Of a DNA stretch of 64,000 bases, positions 59,380 to 64,000 are shown piece by piece. Within the stretch, counting starts at the first letter, position 1. Each line of letters opens with the position of its first letter. A program made the translations under genes and the position numbers. Origin of the DNA: Eledone cirrhosa (Eukaryota); the NCBI GenBank assembly GCA_964016885.1, contig OZ024743.1, forward strand, positions 299,956,001-300,020,000, read 5' to 3'. Under the pieces are notes generated by a model. The model did no database searches. It had not been told where the DNA came from and saw nothing but the letters and a program-made list of their open reading frames with translations.

Positions 59380-60454
59380 CATGTGGAGAGATGAGTACAT
59401 ATTCGTGTGTGTACGTATGTGTATATGTGTTTTTATATGTGTCTCTATATGTTTCTGTGTATGTATGTGGATGTATTTGTATATGGGTGTGTGATTGATG
59501 GTGTGTGCCTATATATTCCTACATATGCCCGTGTGTGTATGTACGTATATATGCACATATATGTGTGTTGAACAAAGGACTAATTTGGGGATGGACGTAG
59601 AAAAATTCTTCAGAAAAAAAGAAAAAAGTAATAATTTACAAACTTGGCAGGTGCGATTTGCCTGTGACCACTCTCAACACAAAAGGAACACTAAAAGCTT
59701 TTTACCCTGAATAAAGGAATTTTTCGAGAATGACCGGGCAGGCCGCACTTGCTACATTTCTCCCCACCCAACCCTACTCACCGTCTCAACTCATTACTGC
59801 TATTAACACTTTTTCAACACACCTACACCCATACACTTATTAAAGGGGGAGAAAAGAAACCCCCACCACACCACATACATGTTAAATCCCTATATATAGA
59901 ACAAAACACCACATACACATCAGTTTGACAAGCGCACCTCAGCGTGAAATGTCGTTCTAAAAACGAAACAATACCTCCTACGTTAACCAAGAACTCCTAA
60001 GACCTAACAAACAACCAACAACTTAATTTATAAAATAATTTTTTTAAGAAAAAAAAAAAAAAATATTTTTTCTAATCCGGAAAAAAATTATTTTTGGATT
60101 CTGTGAAGAAAATAATTTTGTTGAAAGCACAAGTGAAGCCACTTTTTCTTCCCCCCTGTCTTAATATACCTATCTGTACCAAGGATTACACACATTTTCC
60201 AATATATATTTATATATATATATATATATAGATACATATATATATATACATACACACACACACATATATATATATACACACAAATATACACACGCATACG
60301 TACACATACACACATACACGTATACATAAATAAATAAATATATATAAATATATATATATACACACACACACATACACACACCTACATATACACATATACA
60401 CACATATATATATATACATATATACATATATAAACATATATATATATATATCTA

Positions 60455-60485
<31 letters not shown>

Positions 60486-61401
60486 CATAAAACATGTCTA
60501 TAGAATCAATCAGATATTAAGATATATACTATTTCTTCCTCTAATCAGCATAATTAACCATATACAAAATCAAATCTAGCAAGCTTTATGAATACATTTT
60601 CTTACGGAGAAATCCCTGACAAACAATTGATCGTAGCCTCTTCGCAGCAGCTCCGTTCCACTATTTATCAAACATTTCGGCAGCATGCGGAATCTGATCA
60701 AATATACCATCAACCGCACTTAATTAGTAGTAAAATTAAACCTAGAAGAAATGCGCATATACCGTAATTATATCCCTACCTTGGTTTCTTCCTTATTTAG
60801 GAAATCCAAATAATATGGAAATATCCTGAGTTAGGTTTCATCAGGGGATAAACTCAGAATCAGACATTTATTTTCTCAAACCGACCGCGCCAAATTTAGA
60901 TTCAAAAATGGCTAAGATCGCTATGTTGCTGTGTACCAGCCAGAGAGAAAGCGTGTGATCGGTTGCTTACGGCCGGTAGGCTTGCTGCTAGAAAGCGCAG
61001 CCATATATCGCCAAATTTAATCTCAACCAATTGGAAGATTATTAAATATAAAGGTTATCACATACATACAATTAAATCAAAGATATATATATATAATGCT
61101 CTGATTTTTTATTTTAATTTATTAATTCTTCATTGAGCTTAAAAGTGAACAGTTGCAACATATATATATCTTTGATTTAATTTTATGTATGTGATATCCT
61201 TTATATTTAATAATCTCCCAATTGGTTGTGATTAAATTTAGCGATATATGGCTGCGCTTTCTAGCAGCAAGCCTACCCGCCTTAAGCAAACAATCACACG
61301 CTTTCTCTCTGGCTGGTAAACAGCTACATAGCGATCTTAGCCATTTTTGAATCTAAATTTGGCGCGGTCGGTTTGAGAAAATAAATGTCTGATTCTGAGT
61401 T

Positions 61402-61480
61402 TATCCCCTGATGAAACCTAACTCAGGATATTTCCATATTATTTGATGTCCTAAATAAGGAAGAAACCATGGTAGGGATA
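61402..61480 (+). ncRNA. Type I hammerhead ribozyme, intact core
   Basis: TATCCC-CTGATGA-AACCTA..TAAGGAA-GAAA-CCATGG-TA-GGGATA. Cleavage predicted after 61474. Confidence 0.88.
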
Positions 61481-62076
61481 TAATTACGGTATGTGCGCAA
61501 TTCTTCTAGGTTTAATTTTACTACTAATTAAGTGCGGTTGATGGTATATTTGATCGGATTCCGCATGCTGCCGAAACATTTGATAAATAGTGGAACGGAG
61601 CTGCTGCGAAGAGACAACGATCAATTGTTTGTCAGTGATTTCCCCGTAAGAAAATTTATTCTTAAAGCTTGCTAGATTTGATTTTGTATATGGTTAATTA
61701 TGCTGATTAGAGGAAGAAATAGTATATATCTTAATATCTGATTGATTCTATAGACATGTTTTATGCTATAATGCTCTGATTTTTTAATTTTAATTTATTA
61801 ATTCTTCATTGAGCTTAAAAGTGAACAGTTGCAACATATATATATCTTTGATTTAATTTTATGTAAGTGATAACCTTTATATTTAATAATCTCCCAATTG
61901 GTTGAGATTAAATTTGGCGATATATGGCTGCGCTTTCTAGCAGCAAGCCTACCCGCCGTAAGCAACCATCATACCCTTTCTCTCTGGCTGGTACATAGCT
62001 ACATAGCGATCTTAGCCATTTTTGAATCTAAATTCGGCGCGGTCGGTTTGAGAAAATAAATGTCTGATTCTGAGTT

Positions 62077-62156
62077 TATCCCCTGATGAATCCTAACTCA
62101 GGATATTTCCATATTATTTGGATGTCCTAAATAAGGAAGAAACCATGGTAGGGATA
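62077..62156 (+). ncRNA. Type I hammerhead ribozyme, intact core (third copy 60771-60850 on minus)
   Basis: TATCCC-CTGATGA-ATCCTA..TAAGGAA-GAAA-CCATGG-TA-GGGATA. Cleavage predicted after 62150. Confidence 0.9.
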
Positions 62157-62549
62157 TAATTACGGTATGTGCGCATTTCTTCTAGGTTTAATTTTACTAC
62201 TAATTAAGTGCGGTTGATGGTATATTTGATCGGATTCCGCATGCTGCCGAAATGTTTGATAAATAGTGGAACGGAGCTGCTGCGAAGAGGCTACGATCAA
62301 TTGTTTGTCAGGGATTTCCCCGTAAGAAAATTTATTCTTAAAGCTTGCTAGATTTGATTTTGTATATGGTTAATTATGCTGATTGGAGGAAGAAATAGTA
62401 TATATCTTAATATCTGATTGATTCTATAGACATGTTTTATGATATAATGCTCTGATTTTTTATTTTAATTTATTAATTCTTCATTGAGCTTAAAAGTGAA
62501 CAGTTGCAACATATATATATCTTTGATTTAATTTTATGTATGTGATAAC

Positions 62550-62618
<69 letters not shown>

Positions 62619-62638
62619 TATATACATATAACATACAC

Positions 62639-62685
<47 letters not shown>

Positions 62686-62697
62686 TACAAATACACG

Positions 62698-62759
<62 letters not shown>

Positions 62760-62798
62760 TTCACATACATACACACACACATATATACACATACATAC

Positions 62799-62829
<31 letters not shown>

Positions 62830-63119
62830 CACATATATATACACATATACACATATACATATACACATTTACATATATATATATACACACACACACACAC
62901 ACTCATATATACACATATATACACACACATATATAAATAATAAATAAATACATAAATACACACACAGAGAGAGAACCACACAAACACATACACACAAATA
63001 CCCACACACACACACGCATATATATATATATATATATACACGCATACCCACACACACACATACACACGAATATATACACATACAAATAAATAAGTACTCA
63101 ATAAATATACGCATATACA

Positions 63120-63560
63120 CAGGCACATAAAAACAGCTCTACAGGCAGAAAATGCAGATAGGTAAGAGGTACTCACATAACCATAGTGGCCGTATTTCAG
63201 GTTGAGGAGGGGTGAGGTTGGGTGGGAAGGAGGTATAGGAGCCAATAGGACGAGGTCGGTTTTAGCCATCGGGCTTTAACACTGGCTTAAAGTTTTTGAA
63301 AGTTGCAAAGTTCTTCTGCATGCAGTTCGGGCAGTGTTCAGAGAGTTTGTTCAGTAGCAGGCCCTTGGCGAATAAAATTTCGTAGCTCTCTGAGATACAA
63401 AGGTCGCAGCCCTTGTGTCCTCCTTTGTAAGAGCGCGCTGGTTGGAGTATTTTCCATTTAAGCGTGAAGAGGGTGGAGTTCCTTTTAATAAGGTCCCAAA
63501 CATAGGAGGCGAGTGTTGTCTGGTTTGATTTGTTCAGTCTTCTGAAGGAGTGGGTATGGG
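63120..63560 (-). mobile_element. PLE GIY-YIG C-terminal remnant and 3' UTR
   Basis: HTHSFR..NQTTLASYVWDL..KWKILQPARSYKGG..CDLCISESYEIL..LLNKLSEHCPNC. Confidence 0.8.
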
Positions 63561-63607
<47 letters not shown>

Positions 63608-64000
63608 AGTAGCAGAAAATTGCTTATTGTAATCCAGTTCGTGGTTAAGACACCCATTTTCATGCACAGTTTCAACGTACGGTTAGGGGTAACTCCAAAA
63701 GTTTATTTATTTATTTATTTGTATATATATATGTATTTATCCCTCTATCTCTCCCCCTCCCTCTCTCTCTTTCTTTCTCTCTCTCTCTCTCTCTCTCCCT
63801 CTCCATCCCTCCCTCTATAAACAATTAAATTCTCTTTAACTCCCTACACTCTAAATCGACGACATCATGTCTACATATATCAAAACTGATCAAAGATTCC
63901 TTCCACCTCTACCCCTCCCTCCATCTCAGTTTGTCACCCTACTTCCTAATACTTCTCCCCCTTCCTATCTCTCTCTACTACTCCCTTTGTTCCTCCAGAT

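Larger units (their letters stand above)
55652..60168. repeat. About 4.5 kb imperfect palindrome
   Basis: 55652-56455 mirrors 59377-60168, 56707-57075 mirrors about 58990-59370, and the inner segments mirror across 57870. Confidence 0.92.
60483..62555 (+). mobile_element. Retrozyme-like array, 675-676 bp unit (about 2.2 copies), preceded by an inverted copy 60483-61090
   Basis: TAATGCTCTGATTTTT at 61094, 61769 and 62445. Flanked by (TA)n; no long ORF. Confidence 0.93.

Overview
AT-rich, microsatellite-saturated eukaryotic DNA with no recognisable host protein-coding exon. Almost all listed ORFs are microsatellite read-through. The tRNA-derived SINE family and the repeat landscape resemble those of coleoid cephalopods (octopus-like); this is an inference. 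Classical mobile elements present: 7 SINE insertions, 3 CRE-clade non-LTR fragments, RTE-type LINE fragments, an internally deleted mariner, a probable Helitron end, and at least 6 decayed Penelope-like elements (PLEs, GIY-YIG endonuclease and/or RT). The main unexplained signal is a dense set of type I hammerhead ribozyme (HHR) motifs: about 20 copies in more than 10 unrelated repeat families, found by reading both strands. Several sit once per unit in head-to-tail arrays with monomers of about 321, 429, 523, 585 and 675-676 nt, inserted in (TA)n. Most carry an inverted copy at the 5' end of the ribozyme strand, the same architecture as the coding PLE at 50578-52621. Nearly all have a palindromic stem III, three families use the U3:A8 core variant, and several have very long stem II insertions. 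Together this looks like a diversified system of non-coding, ribozyme-bearing retrozyme-like elements (candidate circular RNAs) mobilised by PLE machinery. All folds were assigned by eye; no ribozyme activity or expression can be shown from sequence alone, and element boundaries are approximate.
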